DNA of 64,000 bases from Candidatus Latescibacterota bacterium. Lineage in GTDB: Bacteria; Latescibacterota; UBA2968; UBA8231. The position numbers and the translations under genes were made by a program. Position 1 is the stretch's first letter. Each line of letters opens with the position of its first letter. Location of the stretch: NCBI GenBank assembly GCA_965204725.1, contig OZ242005.1, forward strand, positions 4,544,001 through 4,608,000, in the 5' to 3' direction. A model generated the notes under the pieces. That model did no database searches. It was not told the origin of the DNA and worked only from the letters and a program-made list of their open reading frames with translations. Shown piece after piece: positions 20,304 through 30,282 of this stretch.

Positions 20304-20400
20304 AACTTGGTATAATTACGGAAAATCAGCGGTAATGGGCTACTCTGCTACTCGCTGGTTCGCCATCTTCTCAGCTTACCTTTCTCCCAAGGAGCCTCCC

Positions 20401-21189
20401 ATGAACGCAGACGACAAATACCTCTTTGACCTGACGGGCTATTTGGTCCTCCGAGCCGTGTTGACCGCCGCGGAGGTGGCCCAGCTCAACGCCGGCATCG
20501 ACCGCCACCGCGATCATATCAGCGAGATCGACCGATCGCTGTCCGGCGACTCGCCCGCGCTGCAAGGCACCTCGCGGCGCAAGGACTTAGGCGGCATGCT
20601 CGCTTGGGAGCGTCCCTATTGCGAGCCGTTCCGCAAGCTGCTGATCCATCCCAAGGTCAAGCCCTATCTCGAAGAGATTTTGGGCCGGGGGTATCGCCTC
20701 GACCACGGGCCGGGGCTGATCGCCATGGACGCGGGTTGCGAGGGCGGGCTTTTGCACGGCGGCGGGGTCGAGCGCCGGGATATATCGGAGGCGTATTTCT
20801 TTAAGAACGACCGCATCTACACCGGGCTGACCGTGGTTGAGTATCTGCTGGCCGACGAAGGGCCGGGCGACGGAGGCGTGGCGGTGATACCGGGCAGCCA
20901 CAAGGCCAACCTCGCCTGTCCGCAAAGCATGATTCGGTGGGAACAGTACCAAGAGCACGTGCTCGAAGTAAACGGCAAGGCCGGCGACGCCGTGATCTTC
21001 ACCGAGACCTTGACGCACGGGACGCTGCCGTGGACCGCCGAGCACGAGCGGCGGGCACTGCTATACAAATTCAGTCCGGGCACCCTGTCTTACGGCTCGG
21101 GCGCACACCAGACGACATATTCCGAGTACATCGAGGATATGACCGAGGAGGAGCAGGCCGTGATGGAAGCGCCGCACATTAGGCGGTGA
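20401..21189 (+). CDS. Phytanoyl-CoA dioxygenase (PhyH) family protein
   Basis: DKYLFDLTGYLVL, IPGSHK, KAGDAVIFTETLTHG; AAGGAG RBS; paralog of 11677..12513. Confidence 0.88.
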   Translation: MNADDKYLFDLTGYLVLRAVLTAAEVAQLNAGIDRHRDHISEIDRSLSGDSPALQGTSRRKDLGGMLAWERPYCEPFRKLLIHPKVKPYLEEILGRGYRLDHGPGLIAMDAGCEGGLLHGGGVERRDISEAYFFKNDRIYTGLTVVEYLLADEGPGDGGVAVIPGSHKANLACPQSMIRWEQYQEHVLEVNGKAGDAVIFTETLTHGTLPWTAEHERRALLYKFSPGTLSYGSGAHQTTYSEYIEDMTEEEQAVMEAPHIRR

Positions 21190-21336
21190 AGCGACGAGGG
21201 CAGTTCTGAAAATTGCTGTCGCTTTGACCATACAACCGATTTTTGAGATATTGAGCGGTAAAGTGGCGCGAGCAGGTTATATACTCCGCCATCTATTACA
21301 CCATCAACGAGTGAGCAATCCTGAAAAGGAGTTTTT

Positions 21337-22230
21337 GTGATGACTGACAGCATCAGAGATCGTGTTCCAAGCTATCTCGATCTAATAAAACCGACACTTG
21401 CTGCCCTCCATCGGCTTGGGGGCAGTGCTAACAATAGGGAGATCGTCAATCAAGTAATTGAAGATATGGGACTGTCTGATGATATCGTCCAAGTCCCGTA
21501 TCGCGGAAAAGCGAAGCGCGGAAAAGCGAATATGACCGCACTGGAGGACGAATTGGGTTGGGCGAGAACCTACCTCAAAAAGTACGGTTTGATCGATAAT
21601 TCGGAGAGAGGCGTGTGGTCGCTTACTGCTAAAGGGCAGCAAACACAAGACGTTGACCCTCAAGCAGTTCGTGATTTTTACCGCAGCCAGAGCCAGAGAC
21701 GAACTCTCGAACAAGCAGAAGACACCCCAGCCGAAGAAGCCGAAACCTTAACCTTAGCCGAGGAGATCGCTTCTTGGCGTGCAGACTTGCTTGACGCCCT
21801 CCGCAACATGCCTCCCGACGCATTTGAACGATTGTGTCAAAGGCTGTTGCGAGAATCGGGCTTTATTGAAGTTGAGGTCACGGGAAAATCCGGCGATGGC
21901 GGAATCGACGGGCACGGAATAATCCGCCTCGCGGGGCTGATTAGCTTTCCCGTGCTGTTCCAGTGCAAACGCTATAGCGGCAGCGTTGGCGCGAGCGTGG
22001 TCAGAGACTTTCGCGGCGCGATGGTGGGACGGGCGGAAAGGGGCCTTGTCTTGACGACGGGCCACTTCACAACAGAGGCGCAACGAGAAGCCACCCGAGA
22101 TGGGGCGACGCCAATAGACTTGATTGACGGCGAATTGCTAATGGATAAAATGAAAGAACTCGAACTCGGCGTGTCCGTAGAGATGGTCGAGAAAGTGGAA
22201 GTGAAAAAGGACTGGTTCGCGTCGATTTAG
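21337..22230 (+). CDS. mrr: Mrr-family (type IV) restriction endonuclease
   Basis: N-terminal winged helix (LGWARTYLKKYGLIDNSERGVWSLT); SGDGGIDG...FQCKRY; LIDG. Confidence 0.9.
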   Translation: MMTDSIRDRVPSYLDLIKPTLAALHRLGGSANNREIVNQVIEDMGLSDDIVQVPYRGKAKRGKANMTALEDELGWARTYLKKYGLIDNSERGVWSLTAKGQQTQDVDPQAVRDFYRSQSQRRTLEQAEDTPAEEAETLTLAEEIASWRADLLDALRNMPPDAFERLCQRLLRESGFIEVEVTGKSGDGGIDGHGIIRLAGLISFPVLFQCKRYSGSVGASVVRDFRGAMVGRAERGLVLTTGHFTTEAQREATRDGATPIDLIDGELLMDKMKELELGVSVEMVEKVEVKKDWFASI

Positions 22231-22350
22231 CACGGCTATTCAACTCCTGCCGCGAATGGCCCTGTATCCCGCCTTTCCCACTACGTAAACTGCTACCGGA
22301 CTACCCACTATACTGGTTGGTACTCCCGCTAATTCAACCAAAATTTTGGG

Positions 22351-23244
22351 TCAAGCAAGCAATGTCCGCGTCAGAAATTCATCCATCGCTGGAAAGACGG
22401 AGTAAAACTTCTCAAGCACAGGAGTTTCCGCCGGGACTGTCGCGGGAAACTCTATCATTTCCGCTCGACCTAGCAGAGACAGGAGCCGCTCAGCACTTTG
22501 TCGCGGGTGTATTTCATCGTCACCCGGCACGATCATAACCGGGAACGAAATCGAGCGCACATCCTCTTCGGTCAGTCCTGCGGGCCAACTCATCGATAAG
22601 AGGAATGTACCCCATCGACGAATTGTTTTGGCAAACAACTGCGGGTCTATCGCTAAAACGCGCGCTCGATTGTTCGGATTCCGATAGATCGTTTGTGCCA
22701 ACCAAGTGCCTCGTTCAGAGGATTGCCCCTGTAGCTCACCGATCCACGACTCTGTTGACGCATCAATCGCGGCTTGCATCCCTTCCCGTTCCGCTATTTC
22801 TGCAAGACTAAAACAATGCTTATGCACACTGGGGCTAACTAAGGAGGTATCGTCGGTCGGTGCAGAGAATAGAACGAGCGATCTTACATCTTCTGGGTAT
22901 CGATGCGCCATCCAAAGCGATAAACTGCTACCGGCTGACGCGCCCGCGAAACAAGCAGGGCCTAACCCTAAATTCCGCAGGAGTGCATGAAGGTCCTCTA
23001 CGTCCGTCGTCATATAGTTTGGACTGTTCGATAGGGCAACATCAGACGCTCCAAACCCATTGCGTCGATCCCAAATCAGCACGGAGTATTGACGAGAAAA
23101 ATGACCCGCCACCAAGTAACTCAGTTCGTTGCGACCAAAGCGACCCCCTTCCGTCCATACCAGCAACGGCCCTTCACCAAAGACTTCATACACAATGGAC
23201 GCACCGTTTACCGTCATTGTAGGCATTGATTGCAGGCGGATCAC
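22351..23244 (-). CDS. Alpha/beta hydrolase
   Basis: WDRRNGFGAS, GASAG nucleophile elbow, GDDEIH. Confidence 0.82.
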   Translation of the reverse strand: MIRLQSMPTMTVNGASIVYEVFGEGPLLVWTEGGRFGRNELSYLVAGHFSRQYSVLIWDRRNGFGASDVALSNSPNYMTTDVEDLHALLRNLGLGPACFAGASAGSSLSLWMAHRYPEDVRSLVLFSAPTDDTSLVSPSVHKHCFSLAEIAEREGMQAAIDASTESWIGELQGQSSERGTWLAQTIYRNPNNRARVLAIDPQLFAKTIRRWGTFLLSMSWPAGLTEEDVRSISFPVMIVPGDDEIHPRQSAERLLSLLGRAEMIEFPATVPAETPVLEKFYSVFPAMDEFLTRTLLA

Positions 23245-25124
23245 TTAACGCCGCGCAGCAAGAACACGCGGTCGCTGTTGAAGTAGTTGCCAACCCGCTC
23301 GTCGCGGTAAGCACCACCGGCGATTAGCAGGCGGCCGTTGACCGCGGCCGCAGCACCCCAGCTAACCGGCAGGGGCAGGTCGGGGACGCGACGCCACTGA
23401 CCGGTATCCGGCGCGTAGGCAAAAGCCGTCGTCTGGCCGCTAGCGGCCCCTCGTCCTCCCATCACCCAGACGCTGCCATCGAAGGCCGTGCATAGAGGGG
23501 CACTCGGCGGACGCGACGGGTGCTCAACTTGGCTCCAGCTATCCCGCTCAGGATCATAGACGAACAGACCCGGACAATGGGACGAAGGGCCGGCGGCGAT
23601 GTAAATTTTGCCATTCAGAACGCAGCCGCTGGCCTGCGACACAGGGTTAGGCGCGGGGGCGTCAACCCGCCAACTCGTCTCCCCAACCCCAATGCTCAAG
23701 ACCTCTGCGGTCGGGCCTTCGTCGTCGGCACCGCCCACGGCGTACAACCGGCCGTTGACCGCGAGGGCCACTACTTGCCCGGCTTTGCGGGGTAATGGCG
23801 GCCCGAGGCGATAACGCCGCGTGCGAGGATCGAAAATCTCGACGGTCGCTGTCGCCCGCGTCTTGTTGTCGGCGCGGAAGAGTCCTCCTAAAAGCCAGAG
23901 CTCGTCGTCGAGGGCGGCGATACCGGAGTACGCCTTGCCCGGCTCGAGCATGGGCGGCTCCACGCGCCAAGTGCCCGAGGGAATGTGGTAAGACCACACG
24001 TGGTCGAGGTTTACCCACTCCGCCGCTGGCCAGCCGAAGAAGGTCTTGCCCCCGGCGGTGTACAGACGGTCCTCAATGCGGGCAAAGATGTGGTCGTGAT
24101 TGCCCGCTGGCATGGGCGGCTGCTCGTCCCAGTGCTCGTGCCAAAGGCTCTCAAGGTCGGCGAGACGCTGAACCAGCCCCGCCCTCAACACCCAGAGGCT
24201 ACCGGACCGGGCATGCAGCAGCGCCTGCACCGGGCCATCGTCGCCAGCCTGAATCAGCCGCCAAGCCGGTGGGTCGGCGGCGTCCACCGTCAGCTCGCGC
24301 AGGCTGCCATCGGCAAAGCCGACTACGATCTGACCGCCGCCGCGCGCGATCGCAGTGATGCGGGCATCAACGGGGTTAGCAAAGGAGCGATGGGGACCGG
24401 ACGAGCGGGGATCAACGCGCAGGACAGAGGCTTCCAAGGCCACCCAGACGAAGCCAGCGTCGTCGGTGACAGCACCCTGCCAAGAGCCAGCGAGTTGATT
24501 CGCCGGCAGGTCGAGGCGCTGCCAGCCGTGGGGATGTTGGTTCGTCAGAACGGCTATGTCCCGCCGCTGACCGTCCTCGGCGATGGCCCACACGTTGCCG
24601 AAGGGATCGTCGCACACCGGCGTGACCTCCCACCCGGGCGGCGCGGATGGCGCGGGCTCAAACATGGCGTCACCCCGACGCACGGCACCGCACCCAGCGC
24701 ACCAAACATCCCCCCACCGCGTCGCCAGCAACGGCCCGGGAGACCCCTTGAGCAGGAAAGAAGGCGTCCGGGAGACCGGCTCGCCCCCCCGACGCGGGTA
24801 GCGCAAGACCTCGCCATCGAGGGCCATCCACACATCCCCGTCTGGGGCAATCTGTAGGCCGTCAACGCGCCCCTTGCCGAAAACCTCCCAAGCGTTGGCG
24901 TCGTCCGGGGCACTGCGAGCGACGATCCCCCCGGCACCAAGGACGGCGACATAGACCCGACCGTCGCGATCTTCGAGGAGAAGGCCCGGCCCGTCGGGCA
25001 AGCCCTCGTGCAAAGTGTCGGCCGCGGCAAGTCCAGCGGAAATGACCATGAGACAACCTATTCGATAGAGGGATCGGAGTGGGATGGAATTAAGCAGCAT
25101 TGTGACCAGTTTCTCCGTTTGCAA
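23241..25124 (-). CDS. Secreted double beta-propeller protein with C-terminal Kelch repeats
   Basis: Repeats LYTAGG, LWLLGG, LYAVGG, IYIAAG, VWVMGG, LLIAGG; N-terminal D-x-x-G-x-VW repeats. Confidence 0.75.
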   Translation of the reverse strand: MQTEKLVTMLLNSIPLRSLYRIGCLMVISAGLAAADTLHEGLPDGPGLLLEDRDGRVYVAVLGAGGIVARSAPDDANAWEVFGKGRVDGLQIAPDGDVWMALDGEVLRYPRRGGEPVSRTPSFLLKGSPGPLLATRWGDVWCAGCGAVRRGDAMFEPAPSAPPGWEVTPVCDDPFGNVWAIAEDGQRRDIAVLTNQHPHGWQRLDLPANQLAGSWQGAVTDDAGFVWVALEASVLRVDPRSSGPHRSFANPVDARITAIARGGGQIVVGFADGSLRELTVDAADPPAWRLIQAGDDGPVQALLHARSGSLWVLRAGLVQRLADLESLWHEHWDEQPPMPAGNHDHIFARIEDRLYTAGGKTFFGWPAAEWVNLDHVWSYHIPSGTWRVEPPMLEPGKAYSGIAALDDELWLLGGLFRADNKTRATATVEIFDPRTRRYRLGPPLPRKAGQVVALAVNGRLYAVGGADDEGPTAEVLSIGVGETSWRVDAPAPNPVSQASGCVLNGKIYIAAGPSSHCPGLFVYDPERDSWSQVEHPSRPPSAPLCTAFDGSVWVMGGRGAASGQTTAFAYAPDTGQWRRVPDLPLPVSWGAAAAVNGRLLIAGGAYRDERVGNYFNSDRVFLLRGVK

Positions 25125-25165
25125 TGGTACATCTCTTGTTGTTTAAGGCGGTGCCGCTTAGCAGC

Positions 25166-26503
25166 TCATCGAGGTTCGAGGCGATCAATGCGCCCCTCCT
25201 GAAAATCTACTTCCAGCCAAGGATCGGCCGTGTCGCGGCGGAACTGGTAGAGTTGGGTACGCATCTGGGCGGCCACCTCCTGCAAGTGGGGATCGTCAAT
25301 CCGGTTGACGCTTTCGGTGGGATCGGCCTCCAGATCGTATAACTCCTCGGGAGCACGCACGAGAAGGTGGCGGATGGGACGCTCGCCCATAGCGGGAATC
25401 GCGTCGCGTCGCACGGCCGTCCAAGTGGCCGAGCGGAATAGGTCTGTGGGCAACAGGGTCGTGAGACCAGCGGCCAAGTTGCGCACGAATTTATAGCGCT
25501 GTCCGCGCAGCACCCGGTAGGGATTGTAGTCAACCACCTCGTGAAAGCAATGCGAAAAGAACGTGTGATCCCAGTCGGGGACGGACGGATCGGCTAGGCC
25601 CGGCAGGAGGGAGCGGCCGGGCAAGTCCGCGGGGGCCGGTACGCCGCACCACTCGTGCAAGGTGGGGCGGATATCGGTCCAACTGACGAGGGACTGACTG
25701 CGAGTGCCGGGGGCCGTGATGCCCGGTGCCCGCAGGATAAAGGGGCAGTGGTGCCCGCTGTCGAAGAAGGATGCCTTGGCCCCGGGGAAAGGCATGGCGT
25801 GGTCGGTGGTGACGACGACCAAGGTCTCGTCGGCCTGCCCCGACTCTTCCAAGGCGTCGAGCAGACAGCCCACGCCAAAATCGAAGCGGGAGACCGCTTG
25901 ATAGTACTCGGCGAGGTCGGCGCGCACGTCGGGCACATCGGGCAGATAGGGAGGAACCACCACGTCGTCGGGGCGGTACTGGGTTGCGGGCACGTCGGGG
26001 TAGGAACGTTCATTGCCAAAGCCCCGACCTGCGCGATGGGGGTCGAAAAACCCCACGTGCATATAGAACGGCTGGTCGGGATTAGCGGCCCAAAAGTCGC
26101 ACACGGCGCGGGCTAGTTCAACGCCGTTTCTGGCATCGACTTGAGGCTCAAAGTCAAAGGGGTACACGCTGGGCGGTTCGACGTGCTTTTTGCCGATGCA
26201 GGCCGTGGCGTACCCATGCTCCTTGAGGCTGGAGGGCGTGGAGGTAATATGGGGGTGCGTGGAGAAGCCGTGAATGCCGTGGCAGTGGCCGTACTGGCCG
26301 TGGGTGTGGCTGTGGTATCCCGTGAGGATGCAGGCGCGGCTGACCGCGCAGGAAGGACTCGTGCAGAAGGCTTGGTCGAAGGTCGCGCTCTGGCGGGCAA
26401 ACGAGTCAATGCGGGGCGTGTGGACGACGCTGTTGCCGTAGCAGCCGGCGATGCGGCTCCAGTCGTCGGCGATGAGGAATAGGACGTTGCGTTGGGCGGT
26501 CAT
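25166..26503 (-). CDS. Sulfatase (sulfamidase-like)
   Basis: NVLFLIADD, CAVSR formylglycine motif, GKKH, DPHR, TDH. Confidence 0.92.
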   Translation of the reverse strand: MTAQRNVLFLIADDWSRIAGCYGNSVVHTPRIDSFARQSATFDQAFCTSPSCAVSRACILTGYHSHTHGQYGHCHGIHGFSTHPHITSTPSSLKEHGYATACIGKKHVEPPSVYPFDFEPQVDARNGVELARAVCDFWAANPDQPFYMHVGFFDPHRAGRGFGNERSYPDVPATQYRPDDVVVPPYLPDVPDVRADLAEYYQAVSRFDFGVGCLLDALEESGQADETLVVVTTDHAMPFPGAKASFFDSGHHCPFILRAPGITAPGTRSQSLVSWTDIRPTLHEWCGVPAPADLPGRSLLPGLADPSVPDWDHTFFSHCFHEVVDYNPYRVLRGQRYKFVRNLAAGLTTLLPTDLFRSATWTAVRRDAIPAMGERPIRHLLVRAPEELYDLEADPTESVNRIDDPHLQEVAAQMRTQLYQFRRDTADPWLEVDFQEGRIDRLEPR

Positions 26504-26509
26504 GCGCAA

Positions 26510-26914
26510 TCAGACGTGCCGCTCGCCGTACGAGACCTCGCACGCCTCGTCGGCGCATTCGACCCGGCCGAACCGATGCCGATTGCGGGCGACTAAGGCG
26601 TAGCCGGCGCGAAAGAGTTGCTTCAGCCCCGGAATGCGGTACACCCCGGCGAACCGATGCCACGGCGGAAGCTGGCGATAGATCTGGTACACGGCATCCG
26701 CCCCGACATCAATCTGCCCACTAGCCTGAATGAGGCGCAGGCCGGTGTTAAAGTCGGAATGGGAAAGGACCGGGAACCGCTCTTCAATGCCGGTCGTTTG
26801 GCGCGGCAGGTACTCGAAGCGGCCGGTGCGGTCAAAGCGGCGAATGCGGCCGACGCTCCACAGGCAGAAGCGGCATTCGCCGTCGTACACGATTACAGGA
26901 CGAGATTCGCTCAT
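26510..26914 (-). CDS. DCC1-like thiol-disulfide oxidoreductase (DUF393)
   Basis: YDGECRFC motif, YALVARNRHR. Confidence 0.88.
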   Translation of the reverse strand: MSESRPVIVYDGECRFCLWSVGRIRRFDRTGRFEYLPRQTTGIEERFPVLSHSDFNTGLRLIQASGQIDVGADAVYQIYRQLPPWHRFAGVYRIPGLKQLFRAGYALVARNRHRFGRVECADEACEVSYGERHV

Positions 26915-26958
26915 TTTGAGATGCCCTCTGCATTGCAAGTGTTATGATTATACCCTTA

Positions 26959-27747
26959 TTACCCGCCACCCGCCACCTCAGCGCGCCGTCGCCGGACCAT
27001 GCGCAGCACCCAATAGGCTCCCAAGGCCCCGAGCAGGTGCTTGCAAGTATGACCGCTCACCAATCCTCCGGCCGCATAGAGGGCTTGGTCAAACACCTCG
27101 GCGGCTTTTGCGAGCAGATAAAACAGGCTGGCGACGTAGATATGGGACCCATGCGTGTATGGCGACGGCAGCAGGCGAACCATGAGGGGCACGAATAGAA
27201 TCGGGTAGGCTTGGGCGACGATGTAATACCGGAGGTCTCCGGCACCGGCCCGCTCGGTATAGTGCCAGTACAACACGCTGAAAAGGCCGAAGGCGATCAG
27301 CGGCAGCAAGGTGATGATGCCAGCGCGTCGATCGAGACGCTCGGCGATTGCCGTAGCGAGAAACGCCATAAAAGCAATGCTCATCGGCAGGCGATCCCAC
27401 AGGAGCGTTTCGTTGCTGGGCGCTAGGTGATAGTAGGTGGAGCCGAGGCCGACCAGTGCCACCGCGAGGAAGAGGATCTGATACGCGAGCGAATCGACCG
27501 GACGCACAAACGCCTGCTGCGCGGGATCGGTGGCGAGACGGAACACGACGCGGAATCCCCACAACCCGACCAACAGAAAGGGCAGGTTGGAAATCACGTT
27601 CAAGCAATGGGGGACGCCCAACAGGGTGCGCTGATCGGCGAACTGGTGATAGGCCGGGTCTTGCGGAATGGGAGCCTGTAGGAAGACGACCGCCCAGAAG
27701 ACGACCGTCAGGTAAGCAATTAGCCGGAGGCGGTGATCGCGCTTCAT
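26959..27747 (-). CDS. Alkaline ceramidase-like (CREST) membrane protein
   Basis: YHQFADQR, NVISNLPF, GSTYYH, WDRLPM, SGHTCKH; start placed at MKRDH. Confidence 0.85.
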   Translation of the reverse strand: MKRDHRLRLIAYLTVVFWAVVFLQAPIPQDPAYHQFADQRTLLGVPHCLNVISNLPFLLVGLWGFRVVFRLATDPAQQAFVRPVDSLAYQILFLAVALVGLGSTYYHLAPSNETLLWDRLPMSIAFMAFLATAIAERLDRRAGIITLLPLIAFGLFSVLYWHYTERAGAGDLRYYIVAQAYPILFVPLMVRLLPSPYTHGSHIYVASLFYLLAKAAEVFDQALYAAGGLVSGHTCKHLLGALGAYWVLRMVRRRRAEVAGGG

Positions 27748-27760
27748 AGAACAGCCTATC

Positions 27761-28765
27761 TCAGGCGACTCGATAGCACTCGACCACGTCCATATCAACC
27801 TTAATCCCCAACCCCGGCCCTGTGGGCACGGCAAAGTGCCCCTGCTCCAGCACCAACCCCTCGGCCAATACATCGGCCTCCCGCGTAAAAGGCAACTCGT
27901 CGCAGGGCAATGTGGCGTTGGGCAGCGTCGCCTGTAGATGCACTGAGTACGCCGCCATCACCCCGGTACACAACCCGCCCATCTGGACCCAGCAGGGCAC
28001 GTCCGCAGCATCCGCCAGTGCGGCCGCCTTCCGCACTTGCAGTGCCGGGCCGCTCAAGTTCACGTAGTCAATGCACTCGGCCTTGAGTGCCGCCAGTACG
28101 CCGGATGGCGACCCCAAGTGTAGGGCGATGGGGATGTGGGTCTTCTCGCGCAGGATGCGGTACCATTCGAGGTTGTTTTTGAGGATGGGATCTTCAAAAA
28201 CCGATACCGTGCCAAAAGGCTCCAATTCGCTCGCCAAGCACGCGGCTGTGGGCAGCAGGGCGAATCCGGTATTGGGATCGACGCCGACCGTGTAGTCGGC
28301 CCCGGCCGCTTCTTTCATCAGCCGCACGGTCTCGACGATATTCCACGAGCGCGCCTTGAGTTTGTGATTGCTAAAGCCCAGCCCGGCCCCTATTTCCGCT
28401 TCGGCCGCGGTCTCTGCTGGCGTCATGGGGCACGACCAGTACGACACCGGCACCTTGTCGCGCACCTTCGCCCCAAAGAAGCGGTGCAACGGAATGCCGT
28501 AGGCTTGGCCGGCAATGTCGAGCAGGGCACAAGTGAACGCATCGGAACGGTCGTACGGATCCAAGTCCAGCGGATCCTGCCCCACGAGCGCGTCGGCCTG
28601 CTCTTGACCGACCGACTTTTTGTCGATGAACTCGCCCCAGCCCTCCAAGCCCTCGTCCGTCTGGACGCGACAGAGCGTGATGTCGTAGATCTTGGGATGG
28701 TAGCGGGCAATCGGCGGGATCGGCGGGATCTCGACTTCGTACAACTCTACTTGGGTGATTTTCAC
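27761..28765 (-). CDS. Mandelate racemase / muconate lactonizing enzyme family protein
   Basis: TDEGLEGWGE, KLK, VDPN, FEDP, PGLG. Confidence 0.88.
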   Translation of the reverse strand: MKITQVELYEVEIPPIPPIARYHPKIYDITLCRVQTDEGLEGWGEFIDKKSVGQEQADALVGQDPLDLDPYDRSDAFTCALLDIAGQAYGIPLHRFFGAKVRDKVPVSYWSCPMTPAETAAEAEIGAGLGFSNHKLKARSWNIVETVRLMKEAAGADYTVGVDPNTGFALLPTAACLASELEPFGTVSVFEDPILKNNLEWYRILREKTHIPIALHLGSPSGVLAALKAECIDYVNLSGPALQVRKAAALADAADVPCWVQMGGLCTGVMAAYSVHLQATLPNATLPCDELPFTREADVLAEGLVLEQGHFAVPTGPGLGIKVDMDVVECYRVA

Positions 28766-28887
28766 AGGGGACCTCCTCGGCCATAAGGTTGCCGTTGCGC
28801 GTCGTCTGTCGAAAGGCTACAATGATACCAAATTGCCGGGTAATCACAAAGGGATCGGCCGATTCCTTTACGAAGAATGGAGAATGT

Positions 28888-29700
28888 ATGCGACTCAAAC
28901 TAGCGTGCGCTGACTTCACCTTTCCCATCTTGCCGCACGAGCAAGTGCTGCAACTCATCTCCATGCTGGGACTGAAGGGCGTGGATATTGGGCTTTTTGA
29001 GGATCGCTCGCACTTGCGGCCTTCCACTGAGTTCAAAAACGTCCAGCGCTCCGGGCGCGCCTTGGGGCAGAAGCTGGCGGACAACGGCCTAGTGGCCGCC
29101 GACCTGTTCCTGCAACTGGCCCTCGACTACGAGTCTAACGCGGTCAACCACCCCCAGCCCGAGCGCCGTGGCCATGCGCGTGACGCCTTCCTCAAGGTGC
29201 TTGACTACGCGGCCGAGTGCCACGGCCAGCACGTCACCGGCCTGCCCGGCGTCTTCTTCGACCACGAGCCAAAGCCCGATTCTACGGCCCGCGCGGCCGA
29301 GGAGCTAGCGTGGCGAGTGGAGCAGGCGCAGGCGCGCGACATCGTCTTCGCCATCGAACCGCACATCGGCTCGCTCGCCAACTCCCCCGAGCGCGCCATC
29401 GCGCTGGTACAAGCTGTCCCGGGGCTGACCCTGACGCTCGACTACGGGCACTTCGTCCCACGCGGCTTTGCGGCCGCCGAGGTCGAGCCGCTGCTTCAGC
29501 ACGCCACTCACTTCCACGTGCGCGGCGTCAACAGCCACAGCGGATCGGCCTCCTTGGCGGACAACGAGCTCGACTGGCAGCGCATTCTCAACATCATGGA
29601 GCAAACGGGATACAACGGCTGGCTTGAGTTGGAGTTCGGGGGCAACAACCTCACCAACACCGTCGAGTTCCGCGACTACTTGCGTACGCTCATGGCCTAA
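28888..29700 (+). CDS. Sugar phosphate isomerase/epimerase (xylose-isomerase-like TIM barrel)
   Basis: IEPH, LDYGH, HFHVR, GYNGWLELEF. Confidence 0.85.
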   Translation: MRLKLACADFTFPILPHEQVLQLISMLGLKGVDIGLFEDRSHLRPSTEFKNVQRSGRALGQKLADNGLVAADLFLQLALDYESNAVNHPQPERRGHARDAFLKVLDYAAECHGQHVTGLPGVFFDHEPKPDSTARAAEELAWRVEQAQARDIVFAIEPHIGSLANSPERAIALVQAVPGLTLTLDYGHFVPRGFAAAEVEPLLQHATHFHVRGVNSHSGSASLADNELDWQRILNIMEQTGYNGWLELEFGGNNLTNTVEFRDYLRTLMA

Positions 29701-29743
29701 CCGCGCCGCGCTAGTGTGCAATGGAGAATTGACCCAAAACCGA

Positions 29744-29770
29744 GGAACCATCTAGCGAGTCAAGACGTCT
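29744..29770 (+). promoter_or_regulatory. ECF sigma-type promoter
   Basis: GGAACC-N16-CGTCT about 60 bp upstream of the thioredoxin-like gene. Confidence 0.55.
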
Positions 29771-29829
29771 TTTGACGAACCGGCTTGACCCCAACCACAC
29801 CACAACTTTTCTAATCCACGGAGTACATC

Positions 29830-30282
29830 ATGCTGACCCAATGCGCCCTCACGCTCACGGCCTTGGCCTTTTTACTAGCCCCGGCCCCCTCCCTCGCCGG
29901 CCCCGTCCCGATAGAAGGCGAAGGTGCCCCAGCCTTGTACGTGGTCAAAGTCCACGCCGATTGGTGTGGCTCCTGCAAGGCCCTAGTGCCAATCCTCGAA
30001 GAAGTCCAAGCCGAGGTAGCCGACCAGCCCGTCCTCTTCGTCGAGTTGGACGTCACCGATTCAACGTTGACCTCCCAAGCCCGCTTGCTCGCCGCGGCCC
30101 TCAACATAGAAGACCACTTCAAGGCCAACAACAAAACCGGCCTCGTCCTGCTCATCAACGCGCAAGACCACACCCTGCTGGAAACGGTTACCAAGCAAAA
30201 CTCCGCCGCTGAGGTCGTCGGCAAAATCGCAACGCACCTCGCCGCCCAAGCTGAGCAGAACGGGTCTGCAACCAGCCCCTAA
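29830..30282 (+). CDS. Secreted thioredoxin-like protein
   Basis: Signal peptide; HADWCGSCK. Confidence 0.85.
   Translation: MLTQCALTLTALAFLLAPAPSLAGPVPIEGEGAPALYVVKVHADWCGSCKALVPILEEVQAEVADQPVLFVELDVTDSTLTSQARLLAAALNIEDHFKANNKTGLVLLINAQDHTLLETVTKQNSAAEVVGKIATHLAAQAEQNGSATSP

Noticed and set aside
22240-22335. Short minus-strand frame LAGVPTSIVGSPVAVYVVGKAGYRAIRGRS*
   Set aside because: No start codon or RBS; may be a remnant but cannot be supported.
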